Positions 13,521-26,099 of a stretch of 64,000 nt of DNA are shown in pieces. The notes under the pieces were generated by a model, which was given only the letters and a program-made list of their open reading frames with translations, ran no database searches and had not been told where the DNA came from. Source of the stretch: Chiloscyllium plagiosum. Lineage: Eukaryota. The stretch is from NCBI RefSeq assembly GCF_004010195.1, contig NC_057751.1, forward strand, positions 8,997,611-9,061,610, in the 5' to 3' direction. Position numbers and translations under genes: made by a program. The stretch's first letter is position 1. The number at the start of each line of letters is the position of its first letter.

Positions 13521-14521
13521 ATTGTCAGTTGACTGTCTGGGTATTACCCATAAATTAGAAATTCAGATGAGCAATTCTGCTTCTCCAGAGGACTTTCCTA
13601 AAAAATCTGACTTTGAGTTTAAGTCAGAGGCATAGGCTTCTGTCTTAATTACCTGAATAGATCCCACCATCCAACTGATCTCCTGACTAGACCTGACCTG
13701 AACTGCCCCCATCCAAAACCCCAGCCCTCAACTCACCACTCAAAGTCAGCAATTTCCCCTAAACCCCTGCGGCAAATCCATCCTTTCTTGAGTTAAATCT
13801 CATTATATTGCCTATGGACAGAAATCTATCTGAGATTTTGTTGGCTTTTCCCTTGAAGAAACATTCTGTTGTTTAAGAACACCCCTTTCAGTGTGCTTTT
13901 ATTTTTTGTCTGTGGCTGCTTCCACCAGATATCTTGTAGAAATTAAAGATGCACGTTAGGAATATGAGAGCTGAATTTATTGCAGTTTTAAAAGTCTTCA
14001 AAATTTGCTTGTTTTCAGCCCCCTCATTTTCTTCTTTAGCATCAGTGAGGTTCTCTTTTTGCAGAAACTGGATTAATATTAGCCAGGGTGTAAATCCTGG
14101 AATAACAGCTGGCAAAACATGGACAAGTAGTTCAGACATTCCTTTCTTACAATGGAGTGGTCAATCATGAACTGAGCTGAAGAGACGACTGGTCAAGTAC
14201 CACCATTTTTTTATCTCTTTCTCAAGCTGAATTTCACACTCCCAACATCTGTGAAATTGTGCCAACAGGGCTAAAGGAGCCAAAGTCTAGCTTCCAGTGT
14301 GTGCTAATCTTTGACACAACAAAGATGAAGGGTGCTTTAATTGTTGAACTGGGCAAAGAAAGAAGTATCAGGATTTGCACTTCTGTTCACAATCCAGTGA
14401 TCCTTATTCTGATATCTGGACACAGAGAGTTTTGCTATGAAGATAAATTGCTGAAATATGGCTTGGAGTCCAAAAACTAACCAGTGACTAACCAACTCAT
14501 TAATTACTTAAATAAGTAAAG

Positions 14522-15468
14522 ATGGCTGGGCAGGTGATTTATGTTGTGGGAGCTGGCTGATTCCATTGCGAACTGCAGTGACCACATCTGCAATAAATGT
14601 TGGTTGCTTGAAGAACTTGGGCTCAGAGTTGATGAGCTGGAATCTGAACTTCAAACACTATGACGTGTCCTGGAGGGGGAGATTACCTGGACATTTTGTT
14701 TCAGGAGACAGTCATACCTGGTAGATGAAGTATCACAAATTCGATCAGTGGCCAGGGACAGCAGGGTGTGACTGCAGTGAGGCAGGTAGATGGATCCAGG
14801 TAGATGGATCCAGGTAGAGGAGCCTCAGCTCTTAACTTTGTCCAACAGGGAGGTACTTGCTCCCTGTGTGGATAAGAAACAGAACTGCAGGGAGGATGAG
14901 CCAGCTGATCACGGTACAGTGGTACAGGAGGCCATTCAAGTGGAGGGGAGCAAAAAGCCAAGTGGTAGTTGTTGGAGATTCTATAATCATGGGAATAGAT
15001 AGTATCCTTTTTAAGCAGGATTGAAAGTCCCGCATGGTATGTTGCCTGCCCGGTGCCAGGATGCGGGACATTTCTAACCAGCTTGAAAGGATATTGGAGA
15101 GTGAGGGGAAGGATCCAGTTGTTGTGATCGATGTTGGGACAAACAAGATAGGCAAGACTAGGAAACAGGATCTGTTTGGGGATTTTCAGGTACTAGGAAT
15201 CAAACTAAAGAACATATCCTCAAGAGTTTTAATCTCTGGATTACTGCCCAAGCCTTATGCAAACTGGCATAGGAACATGAAAATAAGCAAAATAAACATG
15301 TGGCAAAAAGATTGGTGCGGGAAAGAACGATTCCTTTTCACGGGGCACTGGTATCAGTATTGGAACAGGAGGGATCTGTACCTCTGGGATGGTCTCCACC
15401 TGAACCAAGCTGGGACCAGTGTTCTAGCGAAAAAAGTAAATAGGGTGGTCAATAGGACTTTAAACTAG
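14522..15468 (+). pseudogene. CR1 ORF1 remnant with SGNH/GDSL-type esterase domain
   Basis: HICNKC..LEELGLRVDELESELQTL followed by CCLPGAR...VVVIDVGTN...ISGLLP...DGLHLN; stops and frameshifts present. Confidence 0.85.
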
Positions 15469-15739
15469 AAAATGGTGGAGGTGGGGGGGGGGGGGGGAGG
15501 GAAGGGTAAAACTCCAAGAAGCATAATGACCAATGAGAAGCGAAGTTGCAGGTTAACATCTGTGGGGGTGGATTCAACAGCATTGAAAAATATGAAAAAA
15601 ATGAACAGAAAGGAGAACTCAGGAGATGTTATTATAGTCTCAAGCACACAAAACAGGACAGAATGTTTAAAAAGGGTTAGCAATCAAACTTCAAACACAT
15701 CGGATAGACAAATATTAATGAGAAGAGGGACAGTCAATA

Positions 15740-18460
15740 CAGGACTAAAGGTGTTGTATCTGAAAGCATGATGTATTCGAGAAAAGGTAAATGAGCATCT
15801 GTCACAAATCAAAATTGGCAGGTTTGATGCGGTGGACATCACGGAGACGTGGCTGCAATAGGAGCAGGACTGGGAGCTAAATATCCAAGGACGTATGTCC
15901 TATCGAAAAGACAGGCAAATGGGCAGAGGGGGTGGGATGCCTTGTTCATAATACATAAAATTAAGTCAATAGCAATAAACTAAGTATGGTCAGATAATGT
16001 TGAATCTGTGTGGGTAAAGGTGAGGAAATGCGAAAGTAAGAAAACCATAATGGGAGTTATCTGCAGACCTCCAAACGGTAGTCTGGATTTGGGGCATAAG
16101 ATACACCAAGAGACAGAAAAGGAATATAGGAAAGGCAAAGTTCCAATGATCATGGGGGACTTAAATATACAGTTGAATTGGGAAAACCAGGTTGGTAGTG
16201 GATCGCAAGAAAGGGAATTTGTGGAATGTCTGCGAGATGGCTTTTTGGAACAGCTTCTGCTGGACCCCAGTAAGGAACAGGCAATACTGGATTTAGTGTT
16301 GTGCAATGAGGCAGATTCGATAAAGGAGCTTAAAGTAAAGGAACCTTGAGCAGGCGGTGACCATAATATGATCGAATTTACTCTGCAGTTTGAGAGGGAG
16401 AAGGTGAAATCAGATATAACAGTTTTTACAGTTGAATAAAGGCAGCGACAGAGGCATGAGGGAGGAAGTGACCAGAATTGACTGGGAGAGGAGCCTTGCC
16501 GGAAAGACAGTGAAATAGCAATGGCAGGGGTTTTTGGGAGTAATTTGAGAGACACAGCAAAAATTCAACTGAAGCATATGAAAGGGAAGATGAAGCAATC
16601 AGAGTTGACCAGGGAAGTCAAGGACAGCATAAAAGTAAAAGGAAAAGCACATAATGTGGCAATGGGCAGTCAGAAACCAGAGGATTCGGAAGGTTACAAA
16701 CACCAACAGAGGACAACGAAGAAAGACATAAGGAGGGAGAAGATTAAATGTGAGGGTAAGCTACCTGGTAATATTAGGAAATATTGCAAGAGTTTCCTTA
16801 AATATATAAAGGGCAAGAGAGAGGTAAAAGTGGACATTGAGCAGCTGGAAAATGATGCTGGAGAAGTAGTAATGGAGAACAAAGAAATGGTTGAAGAACT
16901 GAATAGTTACTTCGCTTCAGTCTTCATGGTCGAAGACTTGAGTCATATCAAGAGAGTCAAGGGGCAGAGATGAGTCCGGTTGCCATCGCCAAGGAGAAAG
17001 TGCTAAGTCTGAAAGGTCTGAAAGTGGACAAATTGTCTGGACCACCCTGGAGTTCTGAAGGAGATAGCTGAAGAGAAAGTGGAAGCTTTAATGGTGATCT
17101 TTCAGGTATCACTGGAGTCAGGGAGGGCCCCAGAGGAGTGGAAAATTGCTAATGTAACCCCACTGTTTAAGAAGGGAGTAAAGTAAAAGATGGGAAATTA
17201 TAGGCCGGTGAGCCTGACCTCAGATGTTAGTAAGATTTTGGAGTCCATTGTGAAGGATTAGATTTCTGAATACTTGGAAGTACATGGTAAAGTAGGACAA
17301 AGCATGGTTTCATCAAGGGGAGGTCATGCCTGACAAATCTGCTCAAAATCGTTGAGGAGGCAATGAGTAGGTTAGACCAAGAAGAGCCAATGGATGTTAT
17401 CTACCTGGACTTTAAGAAGGTCTTTGATAAGGTGCTGCATAGGAGGCTGCTAAGTAAGACAAGGGCCCATTTTGTCCAAGGCAAAGTAGAAGATTGGTAG
17501 TATTGAATAGAAGATTAGATAGAAGATTGGCTGTCTGGTAGAAGGCAAAAGTGGGGATAAAAGGGTCCTTCTTAGGATGGCAGACTGTGACAAGTGGTGT
17601 TGCACAAGGGTCGGTGTTGGGAACCACAACTGTTCGCTTAATACATTAATGATCTGGATCAAGGAACTGAGGGCATTCTGGCTAAGTTTGCAGACCTATA
17701 CAAAGATAGGTGGACGGGCAGGTAGTACTGAGGAGGCGGGAAGGCTGGAGAAAGATTCAGACATGTCAGGAGAGTGGGTAAAGCAGTGGCAGATGGAATA
17801 CAAAATGGGAAAGTGTAAAGTAATGCACTTTGGTAGGAAGAATAGAGGCCTGTTTTCTGAAATTCAGAAGTCTGAAGGGCAGAGGGACTTGGGAGTCCCA
17901 GTCCAGGTTTCTCTTAAGGTAAACTTGCAGGTTGAGTTGGTAGTTAGGAAGGCAAATACAATGTTGTCATTCATCTCGAGAGGACTTGAACATAAAAGCA
18001 GGGATGTACACTGAGGGTATTGTCAGCACATTTGAGCCATATCCCTCAGAAAAGATGTTTTGGCCCTGGAGTGAGTCCAGAGGAGGTTCATGAGAATGAT
18101 CCCAGGAATGAAAGGCTTAACATATGAGGAATATTTGAGGACTCTGGCACTATACTTGATGGAGTTTAGATGGATGAGGGGGGCATCTAATTGAAACTTA
18201 CAATATACTGAATGGACTGAACAGAGTGAACATTGGGAAAATGTTTCCATTGGCAGGAGAAACGAGGTCCCAAAGGCACAGCCTTAGAGGAAAGGGAAGA
18301 CCTTTTAGAATGGAGATAAGGAGAAACGTTTTTAGCAAGAGAGTAGTGAAACTGTGGAATTCATTGCCACAGAAGACCAGGTCATTGAGTATATGTAAAA
18401 ACAGAGATTGGTAAGTTCTTGATTGCCTAGGGAATCAAAGGTTACAGGAGAAAGCGGGAA
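15740..18460 (+). pseudogene. CR1 ORF2 remnant (AP endonuclease + reverse transcriptase), multiply disrupted
   Basis: ORF-track pieces 16008..16349, 16521..16973, 17577..18014 and 18226..18414 are collinear APE/RT segments. Confidence 0.88.
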
Positions 18461-18559
18461 AATGGGTTGACAAAACCTATCAGCCATGATTGAATGGTAG
18501 TGCAGACTCGATGGACCAAATAGCCTAATTTCTGCTCCTTTGTCTAGATCCAAGTCTAG

Positions 18560-18910
18560 AAAATTGAGGGGGTGTTTAAAATTGTTAAAGAATTTGAGAG
18601 GCTTGACAGGTGCAATTTTTTCAAGGACGGAACGTGACATTCAAATTTGAGCTCAGCCATTCAGGAACGAAATCAGGAAACATTTTTGAAGCATAGGTCG
18701 GCAAAAGTTTAGAATTTTATTCCCCAAATGTCTATGATTTCTGGGACAATGGAGCTTTGAAATTAAGACATAAGATTTTTATTCAGCAAGAGTATCATGG
18801 GCTAATGGAACTGAGGCAAGACAATGGACTTGAGGTGGAAGTCACCATGATCTAATTGAATGACGGACCAGGTGTGAAGGGCTGGATGGTGTGGTCCTGC
18901 TGTTTACGAT
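18560..18910 (+). mobile_element. Old CR1 3' fragment
   Basis: aatcaggaaacattttt...agccatga-like...gggctggatggt tail. Confidence 0.55.
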
Positions 18911-20105
18911 GCTACTAAAGTCAGTTCAGGCAAGAATGGAGTTTAGCCACCAACATTTCCCACATATTCTTCCACGTGAAGAGTGATGACTTCATTCTGG
19001 AGAGCAGGTGGCACCCACAGAACTTTCAGCATTTGAGAAAAACAAACTAAAAATATTTATAGAAAATTAACACATCAGGATGATGTCTCACAACCTTCCG
19101 AATTGCTTTGTAATAAATGCTTTGAATCAGTATGATTCCACTTTGTTGGAACAGTAGGCCAAGGCCTGTGAAGGTGAGGTACAAATTTAAAAGCAGGCAT
19201 TAAGCAACGCGCTCAGAAATTTCTCATAGATACACAGGATGGCTTTTAAATTTGAATTCACTTTGAATTGAACTGCTTGGTATCATTTTGCAAATAAATT
19301 GTCATATCACCTAATTCTGGATTAAATAAGAATTAAAAGCTCTGTGTAAACAAAAGCCTTTGAAAAAATGATTCTTAGTAATTCCTTAAACAGGACAGAA
19401 GACAGCTCTAATAGGTTGCCTAAGGGGGTGCTGGTATTTAACAGTCTCTTGTCAACTTATACATTGATTGAGAAAAGCAGCCTCTGTTGGCAACAGTTGT
19501 TAAGTAACATAAACAATAGCAGGCCACTGGCATGTTAGGGGGTGTTGGGTTCCAACATTTCTCCATGGGGAGCCTTTCCTCTGGAATTAAAAGAAGCTGT
19601 TCTGGGATGTGGTCCACACTGGGAAGGTCCAGAGAACCTTACAGAGAGGGAATGCAAAGAAATTGTATGGAAATGCAGCACCAGGAAATAGGGACTTGGC
19701 ACAGAGAAACATCTGAACTGCTGAGAGGTGTCAAAGATAAGAGTGGATAAGGTTACAAGTGAGGAGAATAAGGGAAAATACTTGAAGCCAAACTGCGCAA
19801 TGAAAGACAGATGTATATGTTCGGTAGGGTGAAAACCAGTGCAGGTCCAAAATATAGGACTTCAATAAATAAATCAGAGTGCATGTTAAAGATGTTACAA
19901 TTCAATCAGCTGAAAAATTTCAACTCTTTTGAATTCAGTGAATCCCTTGGACAATATTCAACAATAGTTAACTCCAATATTTTTTACATCCTGTTCAGCT
20001 CATGAGAATCTGTTCAGAAAATGGGCGCTCCCCCACATTTCCTGTAAATTTTATACCAAAAACAGAGACCTTTCTACTCCAGAGACCGAGAGTAAACTTC
20101 AAAAA

Positions 20106-20240
20106 CATGCTAAATTGCCCGTAGTGTTAGATAAGGAGTAAATGTAGGGGTATGGGTGGGTTGCGCTTCGGCGGGGTGGTGTGGACTTGTTGGGCCGAAG
20201 GGCCTGTTTCCACACTGTAAGTAATCTAATCTAAAAAAAT
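20106..20240 (+). mobile_element. 5'-truncated V-SINE (HE1-like)
   Basis: Near-identical to 22738-22862; (aatct)n tail. Confidence 0.85.
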
Positions 20241-20562
20241 ACTAAGGTAGAATGTAGCATGGGTTAGATGATGACTGAATCTTCCTCCAACACCTCCCTA
20301 TCATTGTCAATCTCTGTCAGCCTTACACCAGTGCCCTCTACTGGACTAATGTAGCATATTCTATTTCCCAAACTGTCCCATGACATTCTAAACGAAACAA
20401 ATGTTTCTCTAACCCCTGTGCGAGGACTCCAGGACCACATTGGGTCAGTCTGAACTCATTTCACATCAGAAGTTACTTGAACTGAGGAAATGCTTGCCTC
20501 TTGAATAGCCTGTTGGAGGAAACAACAGCTAATTAAGTCAAACAACAACAGACTGGAATTAT

Positions 20563-20766
20563 ATCCAAAAACAGAAGTTGCTGGAAAAGCTCAACAGGTC
20601 TGGCAGCATCTATGAAGAGAAATCAGAGTTAACGTTTTGAATCCAGTGGAACCGAAATGTTAACTTTGATTTCTCTTCACAGATGTTGCCAGACCTGCTG
20701 AGCTTTTCCAGCAACGTACATTTTTGTTTCTGATTTGAGATATATGCAGTTCTTCCAGTTTTTATT
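20563..20766. mobile_element. Fold-back hairpin PLE-derived element (family A-like), 9-bp TSD
   Basis: About 70-bp inverted arms (gttgctggaaaagctc...ttaacgttt / aaatgttaac...gagcttttccagcaac); tggaattat at 20554-20562 and 20767-20775. Confidence 0.8.
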
Positions 20767-20879
20767 TGGAATTATTTCTGCAATTTTACACAGTCAACTC
20801 AATGTTACTTCACAGCAATAATATCATGGGTAAAAAAAAAACATTCCAAAGATTTAAAGGCAAAATATATGCAGACAAT

Positions 20880-21200
20880 TTAAGTAGTACTGAGGGAGTG
20901 CTACACTAGTGAATATGCAATGTTCTTGTTGGCTTGGTTAAGCTGAGGCCAATTTTCTCTCTCAAGTGGATGCAAAATATTCCATGCCAAAATATTCCAT
21001 TAAACAAGGACAAAGTCATTGCTCCTCACGTTGACAGCCAACATTTAATCATCAACCAATACCATTGAAATAGACTAGCCAATCATTCCCAAATGGAACC
21101 AAAATGGAAACATGTTGTGCACAAATTTGTTGATGTGATTAATATGTTGAATAGTGGCAACAGTAAATTAGTGCCACATCTTGATTACTGCACACAGTAT
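20880..21200 (+). mobile_element. Deu-type SINE, degraded
   Basis: gtactgagggagtgctacact...gaggcc...ctctcaagtggatgcaaaa. Confidence 0.55.
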
Positions 21201-21587
21201 TTTGGCATCTATAAGTGAAGAAAGATGTACATGGATTCAAGGTGGTTATTTGGTTGAAGTTTATAAGATCCTGGATGGTCTTGATAAAGTGAAGTGGGAA
21301 GGATGTTTATACTAGGGGACACTGGTTTGAAATCAGGGCTTGCCCTTTTAGGACAGAGACAAGGTGAAATATTCTTCATCAGAAGGTTGTGCAAATTTGA
21401 AACTCACTGCCTCAGAGGGTGGTGGAGGTGGATTCATTAAACACATGAAGGTGGAAATAGGTAGATTCTTGTTAGACAACACAATCAAAGGTTATCAAGA
21501 ATAGATGGGATTGTGAAACTCAGAACACAAACAGTTCAGCCATGAATGGGGGAACTGGCTTGAAGGCTGAATTGCCTACTTCTGCTT

Positions 21588-21710
21588 TGGAGGTGCCAGT
21601 GTCGGACCGGGTGCACAAAGGTAAAAATCACACAACACCGGGTTATTGTCCAACAGGTTTATTTGGAAGCACTAGCTTTCGGAGCACTGCTCCTTCATCA
21701 GGTGGTTGTC
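21588..21710 (-). mobile_element. PLE pseudo-LTR fragment (family B)
   Basis: aaaaatcacacaacacc...gtccaacaggtttatttggaag, the unit repeated at 7710, 22950, 23037, 23900 and 25130. Confidence 0.8.
21667..21707 (-). ncRNA. Minimal type I hammerhead ribozyme motif, core intact
   Basis: Minus strand: AAC-CAC-CUGAUGA-A-GGAGC-AGU-GCUCC-GAAA-GC-UA-GUG-CUU; perfect 5-bp helix II, AGCU palindrome, CAC/GUG helix I. Confidence 0.8.
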
Positions 21711-22600
21711 AACCTGCTTCTAATTCATATGTTATATATCATTGCCTGCAGGGTGTTTTCAGATGTTCTGAAAGTTGACAAAAGTTCCCAAATAAACGCA
21801 AGATGTTTTCTTACACAGACAAACCTGCTGAGACAAACCTGCCTTCTGATACCATTTTCGCACCTTTTGCGAGAGCAAGAAAGTGAGGATGAGGAACATA
21901 GATTTGCAGCTTTATCCACATCACAGGCCATGATGACATCTGAGAGACACAAATTTGCTGAGGTTGCAATTGACAGGGATTTGGATTGCTGATTACTCAC
22001 AGGCTGCATAATCGAATGAACTTAATTTGGAAATACTGTATTTTAAAATTTAGTATTAGCATTTATGGCAATTCTAACTTGTGTTCATAATGAAAGTTTG
22101 AGATGACTAAATTTACTGCATGAAAAAAATCTTCATCACAAATCTAGACATTAGTCACAGCTCACAATACATGATGCTAACAAGATTAAGTGGAAGATAA
22201 AAGGTAAACCAGCAAATAATGATGAGGTGACACCATTTCTGGGTGGTGAAAAGAACAAAAGGAAAACCTGAAGGTGTTCAGAATGTCCAGTATCCAGATC
22301 TTGGAAACATTGAAGCTAATGAATAGTAACATCAGTACGGTGATTCCTTTACTGATGCTTCAGTATCAGGTTTGTGCTGATTGGAGCGAAGTGGAAACTC
22401 ACAAGGACAGAGGGCCATCTCTGTATCTGGGTCTATATACTGGGTCTGTACAATGTCAGGGCCCAAGGTACTAGCTCTGTATCCAACCTGGTATGCTAGG
22501 TACTTGGTTTTCGATTTTCCCCTGCTCTCTCACAAAGAATTTGATTCTGTTTGTGTCCGTACTGGGGGGGTACAAGGTGTTTTGTAGTTACCCTTCCAAG

Positions 22601-22882
22601 GGGTGGGTGGCACGGTGGCACAGTGGTTAGCACTGCTGCCTCACAGCGCCAGAGACCCGGGTTCANNNNNNNNNNNNNNNNNNNNNNNNNNNNNNNNNNN
22701 NNNNNNNNNNNNNNNNNNNNNNNNNNNNNNNAATTGGCCATGCTAAATTGCCCGTAGTGTTAGGTAAGGGGTAAATGTAGGGGAATGGGTAGGTTGCGCT
22801 TCGGCGGGTCGGTGTGGACCTGTTGGGCCGAAGGGCCTGTTTCCACACTGTAATGTAATCTAAAAAAAAAATTAAAAAAAAA
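22601..22882 (+). mobile_element. Young V-SINE (HE1-like), centre in N-gap 22666-22730
   Basis: tRNA-like A box tggcacagtgg, B box gggttca; 3' ggccgaagggcctgtttccacactgta and A-rich tail. Confidence 0.88.
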
Positions 22883-22904
22883 TTGATTTATGTACTTGGG
22901 TATA

Positions 22905-23470
22905 ATGTGGAGCTGCTGCTGTTAGATTGGCATGGACAAAGTCAGAATTCACATCACACCAGGTTGTAGTCCAACAAGTTTATTTAAAAATCACGAGTTT
23001 TCAGAGTGTTGTTCCTTCGTCAAAATAAACCTAGTTAAAAATCACACAACACCAAGTTACAGTCCAACAGGTTTATTTGGAAGTACAAACTTTTGGAGTG
23101 CTGCTCCTTCGTCAAATCGCTAGTGGGGCAGGATCACAGGGCATGGGCTTTATAGTAAAAAATCAAATACAATGTATTGAACAAACCAAGATTGCTGTTA
23201 AGTTTTTAATCACTGAGAATGGATTGCAGATTTTGAATTATTAATATGTAAATCCCAGAATCTCTTTCAAGTTACATTCCCGAGATAATCTTTTTTATGA
23301 AAAAAGGTTACATCTCAGCTCAGTCAATGCATTAAAGGGTCTGTCTGTATTCCTGTGTCCTATGATCCTGCCTCACTAGCTATCTATGAAGGAACAGCAC
23401 TCCAAAAGCATCTACTTCCAAATAAACCTGTCAGAATATAAGCTGGTGTTGTGGATTTGTGATTTTGTGT
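22905..23470. mobile_element. Composite PLE family B element: two tandem pseudo-LTRs, internal segment, one inverted pseudo-LTR
   Basis: Direct units at about 22940-23022 and 23035-23145; inverted unit at about 23352-23460; all hammerhead copies degenerate. Confidence 0.7.
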
Positions 23471-23895
23471 TTGGGTAGTGAGAGTTAACAGATGATCAAT
23501 GTAATGTGCTTCACATCCTTACTCTATCCTCACAAAACATATATGGGCAGTGGTCCTCCAGTAGTAATGAGTGGGAAATGATCTGGAGCAGGAAGTTGAC
23601 AGATAACTTCTCTCTTCCAGGCCCAGTCATTGAGATTGACAACTCTCTCCGAGCATCTGAGAATTCCATTTTATTTTGGATATAAGAGCAAAGCTCAAAA
23701 TCACTCCTATTGTGATTACAACTAAATCTGATATGAAGTTAAAATATGTACTTTATGCTCTAACTTGCTTTTTGAACTTTCCTCTGGAATTGAATTCCAG
23801 AAACATGGATGAAACCAAGTGGAAATGATAAATATCTGTATCAACGAAACAAGAACTGCCAAAATCTGGGATAAAAGGACTGTTTTCATTACATA

Positions 23896-25217
23896 AGCTA
23901 AAAATCACACAACACCAGGCTATAGTCCAACAGGTTTAGAGTCACAGAGTCATCGAGATATGGATATGTACAGCATGGAAACAGACCCTTCGGTCCAACC
24001 CGTCCATGCTGACCAGATATCCCAACCCAATCTGTCCCGGCCCATATCCCTCCAAACCCTTCCTATTCATATACCCATCCAAATGCCTCTTAAATGTTGC
24101 AATTGTACCAGCCTCCACCACTTCCTCTGGCAGCTCATTCCATACACGTACCACCCTCTGCGTGAAAAAGTTGCCCCTTAGGTCTCTTTTATATCTTTCC
24201 CCTCTCACCCTAAACCTATGCCCTCTAATTCTGGACTCCCCGACCCCAGGGAAAAGACTTTGTCTATTTATCCTATCCATGGCTGTCATGATTTTATAAA
24301 CCTCTATAAGGTCACNNNNNNNNNNNNNNNNNNNNNNNNNNNNNNNNNNNNNNNNNNNNNNNNNNNNNNNNNNNNNNNNNNNNNNNNNNNNNNNNNNNNN
24401 NNNNNNNNNNNNNNNNNNNNNNNNNNNNNNNNNNNNNNNNNNNNNNNNNNNNNNNNNNNNNNNNNNNNNNNNNNNNNNNNNNNNNNNNNNNNNNNNNNNN
24501 NNNNNNNNNNNNNNNNNNNNNNNNNNNNNNNNNNNNNNNNNNNNNNNNNNNNNNNNNNNNNNNNNNNNNNNNNNNNNNNNNNNNNNNNNNNNNNNNNNNN
24601 NNNNNNNNNNNNNNNNNNNNNNNNNNNNNNNNNNNNNNNNNNNNNNNNNNNNNNNNNNNNNNNNNNNNNNNNNNNNNNNNNNNNNNNNNNNNNNNNCAAT
24701 TTTGGTGTCATCTGCAAACTTACTAACTGTACCTCTTATGCTCACACCCAAATAATTTCTATAAATGACAAAAAATAGTGGACCCAGCACCGATCCTTGT
24801 GGCACTCAACTGGTCACAGGCCTCCAGTCTGAAAAACAACCCTCCACCACCACCCTCTGTCTTCTACCTATGAGCCAGTTCTGTATCCAAAAGGCTAGTT
24901 CTCCCTGTATTCCATGAGATCTAACCTTGCTAATCAGTCTCCCATGGGGAACCTTGTCGAACGCCTTACTGAAGTCCATATAGATCACATCTACTGCTCT
25001 GCCCTCATCAATCCTCTTTGTTACTTCTTCAAAAAACTCAATCAGGTTTCTGAGACATGATTATTTGGAAGTACAAGCTTTCGGAGCACTGCTCCTTTCT
25101 GATCAAGGAGCAGTGCTCTGAAAGCTAGTATTTCCAAATACACCTGTGGGGTTATAACCTGGTGTTGTGTGATTTTTAACTTTGTCCACCCCAGTCCAAC
25201 ACCAGCACATTCACATC
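23896..25217. mobile_element. Fold-back hairpin PLE family B element split by a CR1 insertion; 11-bp TSD with one mismatch
   Basis: Left arm stops at ...caacaggttta (23938) and resumes at ttatttggaag (25061); ttcattacata 23885-23895 vs ttcgttacata 25218-25228. Confidence 0.78.
23938..25060 (-). mobile_element. Young 5'-truncated CR1 (HER1-like) LINE; N-gap 24316-24696
   Basis: YMDFSKAFDKVPH, PQGSVLGP, KFADDTK, FFTQRVVRVWNELP; tail (gactct)n. Confidence 0.93.
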
Positions 25218-25234
25218 TTCGTTACATACATCCG

Positions 25235-25410
25235 TTACACAGAAACACAAAAACAGAAAGCGGGTCACTAACACTAGTGCTTCACCAGAGGCTTACTGAT
25301 GATGTTACCTAGTTTGGTGACGAAACATCTGAAAACGCAACTTCCAGCTCAGCGAGCAAACATGCATCCAGAACCTCAACCTGAGCTACAAATCTTCTCA
25401 AAACTTGCTA
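25235..25410 (+). mobile_element. PLE pseudo-LTR fragment (family C)
   Basis: Hammerhead motif in a flank unrelated to families A and B; PLE origin inferred from motif architecture. Confidence 0.6.
25292..25333 (+). ncRNA. Minimal hammerhead ribozyme motif (family C)
   Basis: CUGAUGA-U-GUUACC-UAGUUU-GGUGAC-GAAA-CAUC-UGA; 6-bp helix II; ACAU is a probable CpG decay of ACGU. Confidence 0.72.
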
Positions 25411-26099
25411 ATATACCCATCTGTCCATAAAGGGGCAATCTTGTGCTCTTTCCCAAATGTCTTCGACTTCTGAGCTTAATGGAGTAATATTTCTCAAAAG
25501 ATGTTGTTGATGCACTGAATAAAATTGTAAACGTTAAGAATAAATGGAATTATTCTCATCAAAATATTTCGCAGAGAGTACCATTAGACCTGGAAGAGGC
25601 TGAGGAGAAAATCACTCAACGTTTCACACAATCAGTGTCTGGGACCGTAAGAACGACAAACAGAATTATTCCTGTGTCCTTTTCTCAAAGTGTTCTTGAG
25701 AAAGACAAGGCAAAAAGCAGCAGAGTTAACTTAGCTGGGAATTCAAGGTGAAAGAGCCACAGGGTCCCATCGTTGAAGGGCAGCAGCAGATTGTGATAAA
25801 GTCAAGAACAATGTGAATTCACATCACACTGCCTGGTTTGAAAGCTTGTTGGTGGGAAAGAAGCACCAGGGAGACAAGAAATTCCACAGAGATGTGGTCC
25901 TGGGAATGAACAGGGAAGACTACAATGCATTTCACTTTCAACACCGTGAGAATGTTGAGAGGAGCAAATCTACACAAGGAAATTTATCTGGACTATGGGA
26001 AAAACAAGAATTGAGGGTTGAGGGAACAGTATCTGATAACTCAGGAAACAGAAAGAGTAATTGAGAGGAAGAAGTGTATAGACTGTATGGCAGAGGATT

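Larger units (their letters stand above)
14480..18545 (+). mobile_element. Near-full-length decayed CR1 LINE (ORF1 + ORF2 + 3' UTR)
   Basis: Collinear ORF1 Zn/coiled-coil and esterase motifs, APE motifs (ITETWL, GVICRPP, IMGDLN, AILDLVL), RT motifs (NYRPVSLT, YLDFKKVFDKV), 3' tail ggaccaaatagcctaatttctgctcct. Confidence 0.92.
21215..21735 (+). mobile_element. CR1 3' fragment, tail interrupted by a PLE piece
   Basis: ttcttcatcagaaggttgtg...actcactgcctcagagggtggtggagg; tail aaggctgaattgcctact resumes after 21710. Confidence 0.65.

Noticed and set aside
21663..21992. 109-aa ORF
   Set aside because: Starts inside a PLE fragment, has no convincing donor site and no known motif
22601..22665. tRNA-like A/B boxes here and at 12200-12315, 32880-32955 and 63755-63820
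   Set aside because: SINE heads continuing into SINE bodies; no complete cloverleaf
22940..25180. Recurrent aaaaatcacacaacacc...tttatttggaag units as a CRISPR-like array
   Set aside because: Irregular spacing, mixed orientation, diverged copies, eukaryotic context and no cas genes; they are PLE pseudo-LTRs
25575..25646. 72-nt in-frame exon candidate RVPLDLEEAEEKITQRFTQSVSGT
   Set aside because: Weak polypyrimidine tract and donor, no partner exons, peptide not recognised
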